From: an uncultured Gammaproteobacteria bacterium
GTDB taxonomy: Bacteria; Patescibacteriota; Microgenomatia; UBA8517
Assembly (NCBI GenBank): GCA_964395115.1
Contig: CAYMZX010000006.1
Coordinates: 26,041-90,040, forward strand
Reading direction: 5' to 3'
Length of the DNA stretch: 64,000 nucleotides
This document shows, in pieces, positions 11,447 through 22,537 of the stretch; position 1 is the first letter of the stretch, and each line of letters starts with the position of its first letter. The notes beneath the pieces were generated by a model. That model was given only the letters and a program-made list of their open reading frames with translations. It searched no databases and was not told the origin of the DNA. Position numbers and translations under genes: made by a program.

Positions 11447-12070
11447 ATGCTTAGGATTGAAAAGCTTGTACTTGGACCACTTTATACAAATACCTATATT
11501 GTGTACGAGCAGGAATCGAAAAAAGCTATTATTATTGATCCAGCCGACAGTGGTGAGTTTATCAACAGCCAAATACTTGATAAGCGACTTCAGCCGCTTG
11601 CTATCATCTCTACCCATGGCCATTTTGACCACGTTGGTGCGGTATTGGAGGTAAAACTAGCTTTTAATCTGCCCTTCCTGGCAAATGAGAAGGATAATTT
11701 TCTCATAAGACAGGCCCTGGATTCCAGTTTATTCTTTAGCAAAAATAATATCTTTAAACTACCTCTTCCGGATAAAAACCTGAAAAATAGGGATAGAATC
11801 AGAATTGGGAGCAGTTATCTAGAAGTACTCGAAACTCCAGGCCATACCCCCGGGAGTATCAGTCTCATTTCCCCCAAAATCGCCTTTGTTGGTGACTTGA
11901 TGTTTTCTGGTGGGACTTTTGGACGAGACGATTTTAGCTATTCAGATAAAAAACTGCTTGGACTGTCTGTAAGAAAAATTGAATGTCTTCCTCGGGGAAC
12001 AACTATCTATCCGGGTCACGGGGAAGTATTTAAGTTGCGGAGTAGTTCCAATAAAAATAGGTATTGTTGA
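11447..12070 (+). CDS. MBL-fold metallo-hydrolase (glyoxalase II-like)
   Basis: THGHFDH, TPGHTPG, GD and PGHG motifs. Confidence 0.9.
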   Translation: MLRIEKLVLGPLYTNTYIVYEQESKKAIIIDPADSGEFINSQILDKRLQPLAIISTHGHFDHVGAVLEVKLAFNLPFLANEKDNFLIRQALDSSLFFSKNNIFKLPLPDKNLKNRDRIRIGSSYLEVLETPGHTPGSISLISPKIAFVGDLMFSGGTFGRDDFSYSDKKLLGLSVRKIECLPRGTTIYPGHGEVFKLRSSSNKNRYC

Positions 12071-12099
12071 TTGCTTAAAAAAGGAATAATCTTAAATCA

Positions 12100-12723
12100 A
12101 TGGATAAACTAAAAATAAATGTTTGGAGTTTTCTGCAAAAATCTTTCAGGAAAAGATCAACTAAGATTTCTTTACTAATCCTAGCTTTAGTTGTCGCTTT
12201 TGTTTGGGGGAAATCGCTCCTTTTAGTTGCCTTAGTTAACGGGAAACCTATTACACGTTATCAGGTTATTAGAGAGTTAGAAAAACAAGGAGGAAGTCAA
12301 ATTCTGGACACGATTATCGAGAGAAGTCTTATTTTTCAGCAAGCCCGAAAAGAAGGGGTTGAGATTGAGGAAAAAACAATAAAAGCCCAAATAGAAGAAA
12401 TCGAGAAGACTCTAAGGGCGCAAGATATAACCCTCGAGGATGCTCTTGAGGCTAGAGGCCAGACAAGATCTGATTTGGTTACTCAAATCAGAATTAAAAA
12501 AACGGTTGAAAAATTATTAGCCGACAAAATTAATGTCACCGATGAGGAGGTTTCAAATTATTACAAAGAAAACGACGATTATTTTCAGGGGAAGAAATTT
12601 GATGAAGTAAAGGAGGATATCAGAGCACAGCTTTACCAACAGGAATTGAATGATGAATATCAAAATTGGATGAAAGAATTAAAAGAAAAAGCTAAGATAT
12701 ATTATCTAAAAAAATACATTTGA
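12100..12723 (+). CDS. SurA/PrsA N-terminal-domain chaperone-like protein
   Basis: TM anchor followed by VNGKPIT, helical body, LKEKAKI C-terminus; no PPIase domain visible. Confidence 0.75.
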   Translation: MDKLKINVWSFLQKSFRKRSTKISLLILALVVAFVWGKSLLLVALVNGKPITRYQVIRELEKQGGSQILDTIIERSLIFQQARKEGVEIEEKTIKAQIEEIEKTLRAQDITLEDALEARGQTRSDLVTQIRIKKTVEKLLADKINVTDEEVSNYYKENDDYFQGKKFDEVKEDIRAQLYQQELNDEYQNWMKELKEKAKIYYLKKYI

Positions 12724-12766
12724 AAGACATTTGGAAGGGCGCAATTCTAGATTGGAGGTGAAGTAA

Positions 12767-12997
12767 ATGAACGGGCGATTGCTTTATGGTTCGATATCAA
12801 ACTTTCCTGGCATCCTTTTGTTAATCCTCATCGCCTGGTCGATATTTTGGAAGGGTATTGCTCTTTGGAGATCGGCAAGGAATAGTCAAACCTATTGGTA
12901 TATTGTCATGCTATTATTAAGTACCGGTGGTTTATTAGAAATTATTTACCTGGCTTTTTTCCAAAAAAAGAAAGTGGGGAATAAAAACCGGTCTTAA
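12767..12997 (+). CDS. Small membrane protein (DUF5652-like)
   Basis: WKGIALWRSARN...GLLEIIYL; SD GGAGG upstream. Confidence 0.7.
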   Translation: MNGRLLYGSISNFPGILLLILIAWSIFWKGIALWRSARNSQTYWYIVMLLLSTGGLLEIIYLAFFQKKKVGNKNRS

Positions 12998-13035
12998 AAC
13001 TTCAGGAATAAGTTGATTGAGTATATAATTATTTT

Positions 13036-13533
13036 ATGCTGATTCTTGGAATCGACCCCGGAACGGCCACCACCGGGTTTGGATTAATAGAATTTTCTCA
13101 AAAATCATTAGCCGTCGTTGATTTCGGCCTCATCGAAACTGATAAAAATGGCGAACCGGGTCAAAGACTAGAAAGTATCTACCGAGAAGTCACTAATCTT
13201 TTAGAAAAGTTTTCCCCGGATATTATGGCAGTGGAAAGGTTATTTTTCGCAAACAACGCAAAAACGGCCATGAGCGTGGGGCAAGCGCAAGGAGTAATGA
13301 TATTTGCTGCCGCCCGGTGTAAAATTGATGTTGTAGAGTACGCCCCCGGTACGATTAAAAAAATAATTGCCGGGGATGGACGGGCCGACAAGAAAATGAT
13401 CCAAAAAGCACTTAGGCAGATTCTAGGTCCGAGAATAAAAAGTAAAAAGAAGGCGAAAACACACTTTGATAATGCTGCCGACGCCTTGGCGGTTGCCTTG
13501 TGTCACGCGATCAAAGTAAAAGGAGGTGAATAA
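13036..13533 (+). CDS. ruvC: Holliday junction resolvase RuvC
   Basis: ILGIDPG, AVERLFF, GRADK, DALAVALCH. Confidence 0.95.
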   Translation: MLILGIDPGTATTGFGLIEFSQKSLAVVDFGLIETDKNGEPGQRLESIYREVTNLLEKFSPDIMAVERLFFANNAKTAMSVGQAQGVMIFAAARCKIDVVEYAPGTIKKIIAGDGRADKKMIQKALRQILGPRIKSKKKAKTHFDNAADALAVALCHAIKVKGGE

Positions 13534-13534
13534 A

Positions 13535-13807
13535 ATGGCTGATGTGAATAATAAAGTTTCGCTGAAAATTGGAAAGGTGACCCATTATTATGACAAGATT
13601 GGTGTTGCCGTGGTTGAATTGGACGGAGACTTAAGTCTGGGAGACAGAATCAAATTTACCCGTGGTGGGGAAGATATTTTTGAAGAAACTGTGGAATCGA
13701 TGCAAGTTGAGCATAAACAAATACAGTCTGCCAAGAAAGGGGATGTAATCGGACTGAAGGTGAACCAGGAAGTCAAAGAGGGTGCGGAAGTATACAAAAT
13801 CTCCTAA
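13535..13807 (+). CDS. Small beta-barrel protein (U32-peptidase C-terminal / translation-factor-like)
   Basis: IGKVTHYYDKIGVAVV...V.SMQ..H...AKKG; SD AGGAGGT favours the ATG at 13535. Confidence 0.7.
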   Translation: MADVNNKVSLKIGKVTHYYDKIGVAVVELDGDLSLGDRIKFTRGGEDIFEETVESMQVEHKQIQSAKKGDVIGLKVNQEVKEGAEVYKIS

Positions 13808-14195
13808 AAAAGTGGCGATTGAGTGGATCAAAGCAGCCGACATCAAAAAGCGGTTGAATCAATTAATTGACAGGTTAGAACTTAAATGGGTTCAAAAAGG
13901 GAGAATATTTTGTTACCGAAGCTACCGATCAAGTAGCCGGGCCTACGCGAGGATTTGGGGATTCTCCAGACTTTGGCAAATGGCGCTAAACGAAAAACCG
14001 GCCTATATAATTGAAGTTTTGGCTGAAAAGTTTGATGGCCTTTCTGATTTTGAAAAAGATAAGGTCTTACTCCATGAATTGTCTCATATTCCCAAAAATT
14101 TCTCGGGAAGTCTAGTGCCGCATTTCAAGAGAGGGAAGCGTTCTTTTGACAAGAGGACTAAAATTCTCATTGAAAAGTATTCTAAAGAACGATGA
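13782..14195 (+). CDS. Putative metallopeptidase
   Basis: AYARIWG and LLHELSHIP (HExxH); start codon uncertain. Confidence 0.7.
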   Translation: MRKYTKSPKKVAIEWIKAADIKKRLNQLIDRLELKWVQKGRIFCYRSYRSSSRAYARIWGFSRLWQMALNEKPAYIIEVLAEKFDGLSDFEKDKVLLHELSHIPKNFSGSLVPHFKRGKRSFDKRTKILIEKYSKER

Positions 14196-14863
14196 ATGTC
14201 ATTGTTATCCACGGAGATTTTGTTAGCCAATCAACTAAACGGTTATTAAAGTTTATAGAGCTAGGAAAAAAACAAAACCGGGAAATCATCAGAATTGAGG
14301 GAGGCACGTCATTCTCAGAAAACCTTTTAAAAGAAGGCCTATTCCAAAAAGAGCGCCTTGTTGTATTAGAAAAACCCATGCAGCTTCGTAAATCTGATTT
14401 TGACTGGTTGAACAAAAACCATACAAAAATTTACGGCTCGCTAATAATTTATTATCCTGGGAAACTTCCGAAAGAGTTTATAACACGTCTACCTCGACAA
14501 AAGAAAATAGAAGAATTTAAATTGCCCGCAAGTGTTTTTAACTTTCTAGACTCTCTATACCCGGGAAATGCACGCCAGTCATTAAAAATTTTACATAACC
14601 TTTTATCGTCCGAGTCGATAGAATTTATCATGGCTTTGACGGCTCGTCACCTGAGAGATTTGTATCTAGCCAAAATCTCACCATCCAGGCTCCAATATGA
14701 ATCGTGGAGAATCAGTAAATTGAAAAAACAAGCCTCTTTTTTCAGTGAGCAGTTAATAAAAAAAATAATAAAAGAGCTGTCAGAAATTGATGCCGAGGCA
14801 AAGAGATCAGATGTGAATATTGCTGACAGCCTTGACCTATTAATTACCACCCAGCTAGAATAA
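14192..14863 (+). CDS. holA: DNA polymerase III delta subunit-like (short HolA)
   Basis: IHGD N-terminus, F.FLD, C-terminal L.EID...K pattern; divergent. Confidence 0.6.
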   Translation: MNVIVIHGDFVSQSTKRLLKFIELGKKQNREIIRIEGGTSFSENLLKEGLFQKERLVVLEKPMQLRKSDFDWLNKNHTKIYGSLIIYYPGKLPKEFITRLPRQKKIEEFKLPASVFNFLDSLYPGNARQSLKILHNLLSSESIEFIMALTARHLRDLYLAKISPSRLQYESWRISKLKKQASFFSEQLIKKIIKELSEIDAEAKRSDVNIADSLDLLITTQLE

Positions 14864-14867
14864 ACTA

Positions 14868-16223
14868 ATGAAGATTGACCCAACAATTTTTAAGGCGTAC
14901 GACATCCGTGGAATTTACCCGAAGAACATTAATGAAGAAATTGCCTATAAAATTGCCCAAGGATATGCAAACTACTGCCGTCCAAAAGGAAAAGTGCTTG
15001 TCGGTAGAGATGTGCGAATCCATTCGCAAAAGCTTCAAGAAGCGGTTATAAATGGCCTTTCTGACGCGGGGGTAAATGTCTGTGACGTTGGGCTTATAAC
15101 CACCGATATGTATTATTTTGGTGTTGGTTTTTACAATTTTTCTGGTGGTATCCAAGTAACCGCTTCGCACAATCCTCCCGAATGGAATGGTTTTAAAATG
15201 GTAAGAGAAAACGTTGCCCCCATTACTCAAGAAACTGGCATTAATCAGATTAAAAGATTCGTCGAAACAAATAAAAAAATTAGGCGGAAAATGGGGCAGG
15301 TCGAAAAAAAAGACCTAACCGATGATTATCTCCTTTATGTGTTGAAATGGCTAGAAGGAGTTAAAATATCTCCCCTAAAAGTTGTAATCAATCCTAATTT
15401 TGGGTATGCCGGGATAATATTTGAAAAACTTGTACATAAGGGAAAACTTCCTATCGAACTTATTAAATTAAATTGCGAACCCGACGGAACCTTTCCTAAA
15501 GGCCGCCCCGACCCTTTTGTACCGGAAAACAGACCTGAATTTGTTCAATTGGTAAAAAAATCCAATTCGGATCTAGGGATTGCTTGGGATGCCGATGCCG
15601 ATAGGGTATTTTTTTGTACAGAGGGGGGTGTTTTTGTAGAGCCTTACTATATAAATACCCTTTTTATTAAAATAATGTTGAAAAAATATCCGAAGCAAAA
15701 AATTATTTATGATCCTCGTTATACATGGGCGCTGCGTGATTCAATTTTAGAAAATGGAGGAATACCAGTTGTCTGTCGGGTAGGGCATTCGTTCATAAAA
15801 GAAAAAATGAGGTCGGAAAATGCCGTTTTTGCCGGGGAATCGAGCGGTCACACATATTATCGGGATTTTTGGTACGCAGATTCAGGTATGATTCCCGTAA
15901 TGCAAATTTTGAGGATACTAAGTTTAACGAAAAAAAAACTTTCTGATTTAATTTTTCCGATAATGAAAAAATATCATATTTCAGGGGAAATAAATAGCGA
16001 GGTAAGAGACAAGGAAAAGGTGATCAAAAATCTATCAGAACTGTATACCGATGGGAAGCAAGATCAATTAGACGGATTAACGGTTGAGTATGAAAATTTC
16101 AGATTTAACGTGAGACCGTCGAATACGGAGCCCCTTCTAAGATTAAATATCGAGGGAAAATCTAAAGAAATAGTTAATCGCAAGAAGGAAGAGATTTTAT
16201 CTGTCATTAGGAACTTCTCATAA
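14868..16223 (+). CDS. Phosphomannomutase/phosphoglucomutase
   Basis: FKAYDIRG, TASHNP, DADADR, GESSGH, RPSNTEP. Confidence 0.93.
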   Translation: MKIDPTIFKAYDIRGIYPKNINEEIAYKIAQGYANYCRPKGKVLVGRDVRIHSQKLQEAVINGLSDAGVNVCDVGLITTDMYYFGVGFYNFSGGIQVTASHNPPEWNGFKMVRENVAPITQETGINQIKRFVETNKKIRRKMGQVEKKDLTDDYLLYVLKWLEGVKISPLKVVINPNFGYAGIIFEKLVHKGKLPIELIKLNCEPDGTFPKGRPDPFVPENRPEFVQLVKKSNSDLGIAWDADADRVFFCTEGGVFVEPYYINTLFIKIMLKKYPKQKIIYDPRYTWALRDSILENGGIPVVCRVGHSFIKEKMRSENAVFAGESSGHTYYRDFWYADSGMIPVMQILRILSLTKKKLSDLIFPIMKKYHISGEINSEVRDKEKVIKNLSELYTDGKQDQLDGLTVEYENFRFNVRPSNTEPLLRLNIEGKSKEIVNRKKEEILSVIRNFS

Positions 16224-17297
16224 ATGTTCAACCTCGATTCATTTGAAGAAATTAAAAAATTAGACACTTTAGACATTTTACAGTCAATAAAATTCCTACC
16301 TAAGCAGATAGCCCAGGCCTGGTACGAGGTACAAAATAATGAAGTTCCCAAAAAATGCTATTTAGCAAAAAACGTTGTCATTTCCGGAATGGGTGGCTCC
16401 GCCCTCGGCGGCAGGGTGGCCGACTCTCTGCTGATTGATCGTTTCCGAACACCAATCGAAATTGTCACAGATTACCAACTGCCGAATTATGTTAACGAAA
16501 ATACACTGGTTATAGTATCTTCATATTCAGGAAATACTGCCGAGACAATATCATCGGCTAAGGAGGCGTTAAACCGAGGGGCAGTTATATATTGTATAGC
16601 TACTGGCGGTGAGTTGGGAGAATTGATGAGGAAAAATAATTTGCCTGGTTATTTGTTTAATCCAAAAGAAAATCCATCGAACCAGCCACGAGCAGGTTTA
16701 GGCTACTCGATTGCCTCGATACTTGCTGTTTTGGCAAAGTGCAAGTTCATAAATATCTTAGATTCAGAAGTAGAAGAAGCAATTAAAACCTCGGAAGAGT
16801 TTATTAGGGATTTTGATGTTGATGTCAGAGAAGATAATAATTTGGCGAAAAAGATTGCCAGAAAATTAAAAGGGAAAATACCAAATATCGTATCTAGCCA
16901 GCACTTGATTGGTATTTGTCACGCTTTTAAGAATCTGCTAAACGAGAACGCAAAAACCTTTGCTTACTTATTCGATCTTCCAGAACTTAACCACCACTTG
17001 ATGGAGGGTTTGAGAAATCCGGCGGTTGTAAGGCCATTTCTCCATTTTTTGTTTATTTATTCGGAACTCTATTCAAAGGAGGTAGCTCGGCGATATCCAA
17101 TTACCTATGAAGTTATTACCCAAAACGATGTTTCCTACGATATATACAAACCCAGAAGTCAGAAGAAACTAGATCAAATTTTTGAAATTTTGATTTTAGG
17201 ATTCTTTGTAAGTTTTTACTTGGCGATGCTAAATGACTGTGATCCGGGGAAAATACCCTGGGTGAACTATTTTAAGAAAAGACTTTCCAAAATCTAG
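16224..17297 (+). CDS. Bifunctional phosphoglucose/phosphomannose isomerase (SIS-domain type)
   Basis: GMGGSA, SYSGNT.ET, QPR, NENAK, PELNHH. Confidence 0.88.
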   Translation: MFNLDSFEEIKKLDTLDILQSIKFLPKQIAQAWYEVQNNEVPKKCYLAKNVVISGMGGSALGGRVADSLLIDRFRTPIEIVTDYQLPNYVNENTLVIVSSYSGNTAETISSAKEALNRGAVIYCIATGGELGELMRKNNLPGYLFNPKENPSNQPRAGLGYSIASILAVLAKCKFINILDSEVEEAIKTSEEFIRDFDVDVREDNNLAKKIARKLKGKIPNIVSSQHLIGICHAFKNLLNENAKTFAYLFDLPELNHHLMEGLRNPAVVRPFLHFLFIYSELYSKEVARRYPITYEVITQNDVSYDIYKPRSQKKLDQIFEILILGFFVSFYLAMLNDCDPGKIPWVNYFKKRLSKI

Positions 17298-17326
17298 ACA
17301 ATAACCTACAATAAAATAATAAATCA

Positions 17327-19591
17327 ATGTCTGCCCATAAATTCGTAGTCTTTTTTAAGGATATTGACAAAGATGATATTTCCTCGGTTGGTGGCAAGGG
17401 TGCAAATCTCGGAGAAATGTACAGGATGGGTTTTCCCGTTCCCAATGGATTTGCGGTCACCGTAGAAGCTTACGATTTCTTTCTTGCTGAAAATCAGTTC
17501 AAAAAAATAATAGCCGATATTCTCAAAGCGACCAACATCCACAACCCAGACGAGCTTTTATTGGTTTCCCGAAAAATACAAAAATTAATTTCCAACGGAA
17601 AAATTCCTACGGAGGTTGCACAAGAAGTTATAAAAGCTTACAAAAAATTATCGAAATTTTTAAAATTGGCCAGAGTCGCTGCGAGGTCGTCAGCGACGGC
17701 CGAAGATCTCCCGACAGCTTCTTTTGCCGGCCAACAGGCATCCTTTCTAAATATTAAAGGAGAAGCAAATCTTTTAAATTCAGTCAGAAATTGTTGGGCA
17801 TCTCTCTTTACTCCAAGAGCTATTTTTTACCGTGAAGAAAATAAAATACCTCACGATAAGGTCAAAATATCCGTAATTGTTCAAAAAATGGTTCAATCTG
17901 ATGTCTCCGGCGTTGCCTTTAGCATTGATCCAGTAAGCAATGAAAAAGATAAAATTGTCATCGAGGCGGTTTGGGGGTTAGGAGAAATGATTGTACAGGG
18001 TACCGTGATTCCAGACCGATATGTTGTCCAAAAAGAAACATATAACATTCTCTCGAGAGAAATATCAGAGCAGACAATACAATTAAAAATGACCGGTGAT
18101 ACCACCCGGCAAGTGACTGTTCCAATGAAAAGTCGGCAAAAACAAAAATTAGAAGATGACGAGATTATTTACTTGGCTAAGATTGCAGATAGATTGCAAA
18201 AACACTATTACTTCCCTCAAGATTTAGAGTGGGCGAAAGAGGGACCAAAAATTTTTGTTGTCCAAACCAGACCGGTAACCACATTTAAAAAAGTAGAACG
18301 AAAGGAAGGAGAGGGGCAGGAGCTAGCGGTGGCCCAGGCCCCTATTTTAGAAGGGACGCCGGCCTCCCCCGGCTTCGCTACCGGACCAGTTAAGGTCCTA
18401 AAAAGTGCTAAGGAAATTTCCAAGATAAGAAAAGGCGATATCCTTGTGGCTCCAATGACTTCTCCGGATTTTGTTCCGGCAATGAAAAAGGCGCTGGCAA
18501 TAGTTACAGACGAAGGCGGGGCTACTTCTCATGCAGCAATTGTTTCGAGAGAATTAGGAATTCCCTGCGTGGTCGGGACCAAAATCGCCACAAAGACCTT
18601 GATTGAAGGAATGCATGTTAGCGTAGATGGTAGCGAAGGACAAATATTTCTGGCAACAGAAATTATCGAGCGAAAATCTGAAACTAGTATCGAAGATGTT
18701 GAAATCAAAATAAAAACTGCTACGAAGGTATATGTCAACTTAGGAGAACCGCAAAGGGCGAAAGAGATCGCGGGCATGAATGTCGATGGTGTCGGACTTC
18801 TTAGAGCCGAATTTATGATTGCAAATATCGGTTTGCATCCTAAGGAGGCAATTAAAACTAAAAAACAGAATCATTTTATAAACAAGCTGGCGGATGATAT
18901 AACAACTTTTTGTAAAGCCTTTAAACCACGGCCGGTTATTTATCGCGCTACCGACTTTAAAACCAACGAGTATCGTCAGTTGATTGGGGGCAAATATTGG
19001 GAACCACAAGAGCCTAATCCGATGCTAGGATTTAGAGGAGCCTATCGGTATATCACTAATCCGGAGGTTTTTACTTTAGAATTGAAAGCGATTAAACAGG
19101 TGAGAGAGAAGTACAAGAATCTTTGGCTTATGATTCCGTTCGTCCGGTCGCCATCCGAATTGACAAAAGTAAGGCGCCTTGTTGCGGCTGAGGGCCTTTT
19201 TGAGGAAACCACGTTTAAATTCTGGATGATGGTAGAACTTCCGGTCAACGTAATTCTTATTGAAGATTTTATCAAGGTCGGTATCGATGGGGTATCAATA
19301 GGTTCCAACGATTTGACAATGTTGATTGAAGGAACCGACCGTGATAATGTCGAAGTCTCTCAAGCGTATGATGAACGTTCACCGGCAGTCAAATGGGCGA
19401 TTAGAAAAGTAATAAAAGCATGCAGTAAATATGGAATTTCCTCCTCAATTTGCGGCCAGGCTCCATCAACTTACGAGGATCTCGTTAACTATTTAGTAAG
19501 ATTGGGAATAACAAGCATCTCTGTAAATCCCGATGCCATTAACAGGGTAAGAAATGTTATATTAGAAGCAGAGAAGAAATTAGCCTTATGA
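17327..19591 (+). CDS. ppsA: Phosphoenolpyruvate synthase
   Basis: VGGKGANLGEM, RSSATAED, TSHAAIVSRELG, SIGSNDL. Confidence 0.95.
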   Translation: MSAHKFVVFFKDIDKDDISSVGGKGANLGEMYRMGFPVPNGFAVTVEAYDFFLAENQFKKIIADILKATNIHNPDELLLVSRKIQKLISNGKIPTEVAQEVIKAYKKLSKFLKLARVAARSSATAEDLPTASFAGQQASFLNIKGEANLLNSVRNCWASLFTPRAIFYREENKIPHDKVKISVIVQKMVQSDVSGVAFSIDPVSNEKDKIVIEAVWGLGEMIVQGTVIPDRYVVQKETYNILSREISEQTIQLKMTGDTTRQVTVPMKSRQKQKLEDDEIIYLAKIADRLQKHYYFPQDLEWAKEGPKIFVVQTRPVTTFKKVERKEGEGQELAVAQAPILEGTPASPGFATGPVKVLKSAKEISKIRKGDILVAPMTSPDFVPAMKKALAIVTDEGGATSHAAIVSRELGIPCVVGTKIATKTLIEGMHVSVDGSEGQIFLATEIIERKSETSIEDVEIKIKTATKVYVNLGEPQRAKEIAGMNVDGVGLLRAEFMIANIGLHPKEAIKTKKQNHFINKLADDITTFCKAFKPRPVIYRATDFKTNEYRQLIGGKYWEPQEPNPMLGFRGAYRYITNPEVFTLELKAIKQVREKYKNLWLMIPFVRSPSELTKVRRLVAAEGLFEETTFKFWMMVELPVNVILIEDFIKVGIDGVSIGSNDLTMLIEGTDRDNVEVSQAYDERSPAVKWAIRKVIKACSKYGISSSICGQAPSTYEDLVNYLVRLGITSISVNPDAINRVRNVILEAEKKLAL

Positions 19592-20859
19592 GTAAAATTA
19601 GTCGGATCGGAGCCAGGGAAATTCTTGATTCGAGGGGAATTCCAACCGTTGAGGCTTGGTGTGTCTTGGACAGCGGTCACGTAACTATCGCTTCATGTCC
19701 AGCGGGTATTTCCACCGGCACTCATGAGGCATTGGAAATAAGGGATAAAGATAACCCGAGATACTTGGGAAAAGGAGTTTTGAAGGCGGTTACCAATGTA
19801 AACACGATTTTTGGCCCAGCAATTATAGGGATGGATCCGATCGACCAATTCAGTATCGACGAAAAGCTCAAAGAAATAGACGGTACTGAAAATAAATCAA
19901 AATACGGTGCTAACGCTATACTGGCCGTTTCGATTGCAGTTTGCAAGGCCGGTGCAATCGCACAAAGTCAAAGCCAGTATTTTTGGATAAATTTCCTATG
20001 TCAAAGAGCCGGATTAAAAATACCACTGCGAATGCCGATACCTCTTTTTAATATGATAAATGGTGGTCTTCACGGGGCGGGAAACTTGGATTTTCAAGAA
20101 TTCCATGTTATACCAGCGTCGAGCAAAACGTGGTCGCAATCGATTCAAATGGGGGTCGAAATTTATTTGACAATCGGCGATTCGTTATCTCGACGAGGAG
20201 CTATTCATTCAGTCGGAAATGAGGGCGGCTATGCTCCTAACTTATTTACCAACGCCGATGCCTTAGAGGTAATTGTGGAATCGATAAAACAAACGCCGTA
20301 TTCGATGGGAAGAGATGTTTTTTTAGGTTTGGATGTAGCCGCCAATTCGTTTTCCAAAGACGGCCAGTACGTGATCAGAGATAAATCTTCACCTCTAGAT
20401 GGAAACCAGATGCTTGAATATTACAAATCCTTGAACGAACAGTATAACCTGGCGATATTAGAAGATCCTTTTTCGGAAGATGCGTGGGAAGACTGGAAGA
20501 AACTTACCGCCGCTTTTGGACACGAAGTCACAGTGGTTGGCGACGATCTACTAGCCACAAATCCCAGGAGGGTAGAAAGGGCCATTTCGGAAAAGGCGTG
20601 TAATTCGATTTTGGTTAAACCAAACCAAATAGGAACAGTTACGGAAACTATTCAAGTTATAAAAATGGCGAGAGAAGCAGGATGGAAAATAGTGGTTTCT
20701 CACCGTTCCGGAGAAACAAACGATACCTTCATTGCCGACTTTGCGGTAGGTACAGGGGCTGAATATTGCAAATTTGGGGCACCGTCAAGGGGCGAACGGG
20801 TAGCAAAATACAACCGCTTATCCGCTATCGAAAACGAACTCCTGCAATATCGAAAATAA
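19588..20859 (+). CDS. eno: Enolase
   Basis: REILDSRG.PTVE, VGDDL, KPNQIG, SHRSGET. Confidence 0.96.
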   Translation: MSKISRIGAREILDSRGIPTVEAWCVLDSGHVTIASCPAGISTGTHEALEIRDKDNPRYLGKGVLKAVTNVNTIFGPAIIGMDPIDQFSIDEKLKEIDGTENKSKYGANAILAVSIAVCKAGAIAQSQSQYFWINFLCQRAGLKIPLRMPIPLFNMINGGLHGAGNLDFQEFHVIPASSKTWSQSIQMGVEIYLTIGDSLSRRGAIHSVGNEGGYAPNLFTNADALEVIVESIKQTPYSMGRDVFLGLDVAANSFSKDGQYVIRDKSSPLDGNQMLEYYKSLNEQYNLAILEDPFSEDAWEDWKKLTAAFGHEVTVVGDDLLATNPRRVERAISEKACNSILVKPNQIGTVTETIQVIKMAREAGWKIVVSHRSGETNDTFIADFAVGTGAEYCKFGAPSRGERVAKYNRLSAIENELLQYRK

Positions 20860-20861
20860 CG

Positions 20862-22523
20862 ATGGATACACATTCCTCCTTTGTTTGTCTAGCTGTTCTT
20901 GACGGTTGGGGGTTAGCTCCTCCGGGACCTGGAAATGCTGTCGAACTAGCGAATACCATCAACATGGATAGATTCTGGGCTTCGTTTCCTCATACGCAAC
21001 TACACGCCGCTGGTGATGCCGTTGGTCTTCCTAAAGGAGAAGCAGGGAACACTGAAACCGGTCACCTAAATCTTGGTGCCGGGAGAATTGTTTATCAGGA
21101 TTTAGCGAGAATAAACATGGCAATTGCGGATGGGTCTTTTTTTACCAACAGGATTCTTTTAGGAGCCTTTGAACATGCTAAAAATAATAACTCCAGCCTC
21201 CATCTGTTGGGGCTCATGGGAGCGGGCGGCGTTCACTCCAACCTCGAACACTTATTCGCTCTTATCCGAATGGCCGCTCTGAAAAACTTTAAAAAGCTAT
21301 TTCTGCATTTATTTACCGACGGAAGAGACTCCCCCCCTACGGCTGCCAAAACGTATCTGGCAAGAATAAGAGAGGTAATACAAAGAGAGAGGATTGGCAC
21401 AATCGCTTCAATAATGGGAAGGTACTGGGCAATGGATAGAGACTTAAGATGGGATAGAACTGCAAAAGCTTATTTTGCACTGACAAAAGGAGAGGGACAC
21501 TTAGTAAAAACTCCCGAAGAAGCAATCGACTTCTCTTACTCTCAAGGTAAAACTGACGAATTTATTGAACCGGCGATTATTTCATCGGCGCAGGGAATAC
21601 CAATAACGACCATAAAAGACAATGACGCCGTTATTTTTTTTAATTTTAGGGTAGACAGGCCAAGACAGCTTTCAAGAGCTTTTGTTTTAGAAGATTTTTC
21701 GAAGGCAAATTTAGACTTTGCTTATGATCCTTATCTAGTTAAATACACCAAAAAACACCTTATCGAAAGAGCCGTTCCGGCCAGCCCATTTATGCGAGGA
21801 CAAAAGCTGAAAAATCTTTATTTTGTTACTATGACCGAATACGAAAAGGCTCTAGTGGAAAATGGTGCCGTAGTCGCTTTTCCGCCAGAGCTGATAGAAA
21901 TGCCACTTGGTCGAGTTCTGATGGACGCTGGTAAAAAACAGTTGCGAATGGCAGAGTCGGAAAAGGAAAGATTTGTCACCTTTTATTTCAACGGCCAGCA
22001 GGAATTACCTTTCGAGGGCGAGGAACGATATATTGTTCCGTCTCCTAAGGTCCCTACTTATGACCTAAAACCGGAAATGTCCGCTAGAGAATTGACAGAA
22101 GCCCTATTGGGCAGACTTAGAGAAAACAGCCATACCTACGATTTCATATTGGTAAATTATGCGAACCCGGATATGGTTGGTCACACTGGAAGCATAGGGG
22201 CGGCAGTTAAAGCTTGCGAGGTTGTAGATGAATGTGTTGGCAAACTTGCGAATTTCGTTCTGGCTTACGGAGGAACACTTTTAATAACCGCGGATCATGG
22301 AAATGCCGAAGAAATGATTGATGCACACACCGGGGCGATTGAAACAGAACATAGTACAAACATGGTACCATTTATAGCGGTTTCGAGAGAGCTAATGAAT
22401 ATCTCTCAAAACTTACAAGCCGGTATTCTTGCCGATGTGGCGCCAACAGTACTTTCTTTATTCGGGATTCCCATTCCTTCGACGATGACTGGACATAACT
22501 TGCTGGAGGGAATAGAAATGTAA
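20862..22523 (+). CDS. gpmI: 2,3-bisphosphoglycerate-independent phosphoglycerate mutase
   Basis: LDGWG, GNTETGH, DGRD, DMVGHTG, TADHGNAE. The start at 20862 avoids overlap with eno. Confidence 0.95.
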   Translation: MDTHSSFVCLAVLDGWGLAPPGPGNAVELANTINMDRFWASFPHTQLHAAGDAVGLPKGEAGNTETGHLNLGAGRIVYQDLARINMAIADGSFFTNRILLGAFEHAKNNNSSLHLLGLMGAGGVHSNLEHLFALIRMAALKNFKKLFLHLFTDGRDSPPTAAKTYLARIREVIQRERIGTIASIMGRYWAMDRDLRWDRTAKAYFALTKGEGHLVKTPEEAIDFSYSQGKTDEFIEPAIISSAQGIPITTIKDNDAVIFFNFRVDRPRQLSRAFVLEDFSKANLDFAYDPYLVKYTKKHLIERAVPASPFMRGQKLKNLYFVTMTEYEKALVENGAVVAFPPELIEMPLGRVLMDAGKKQLRMAESEKERFVTFYFNGQQELPFEGEERYIVPSPKVPTYDLKPEMSARELTEALLGRLRENSHTYDFILVNYANPDMVGHTGSIGAAVKACEVVDECVGKLANFVLAYGGTLLITADHGNAEEMIDAHTGAIETEHSTNMVPFIAVSRELMNISQNLQAGILADVAPTVLSLFGIPIPSTMTGHNLLEGIEM

Positions 22524-22537
22524 AATTATATTTTTGT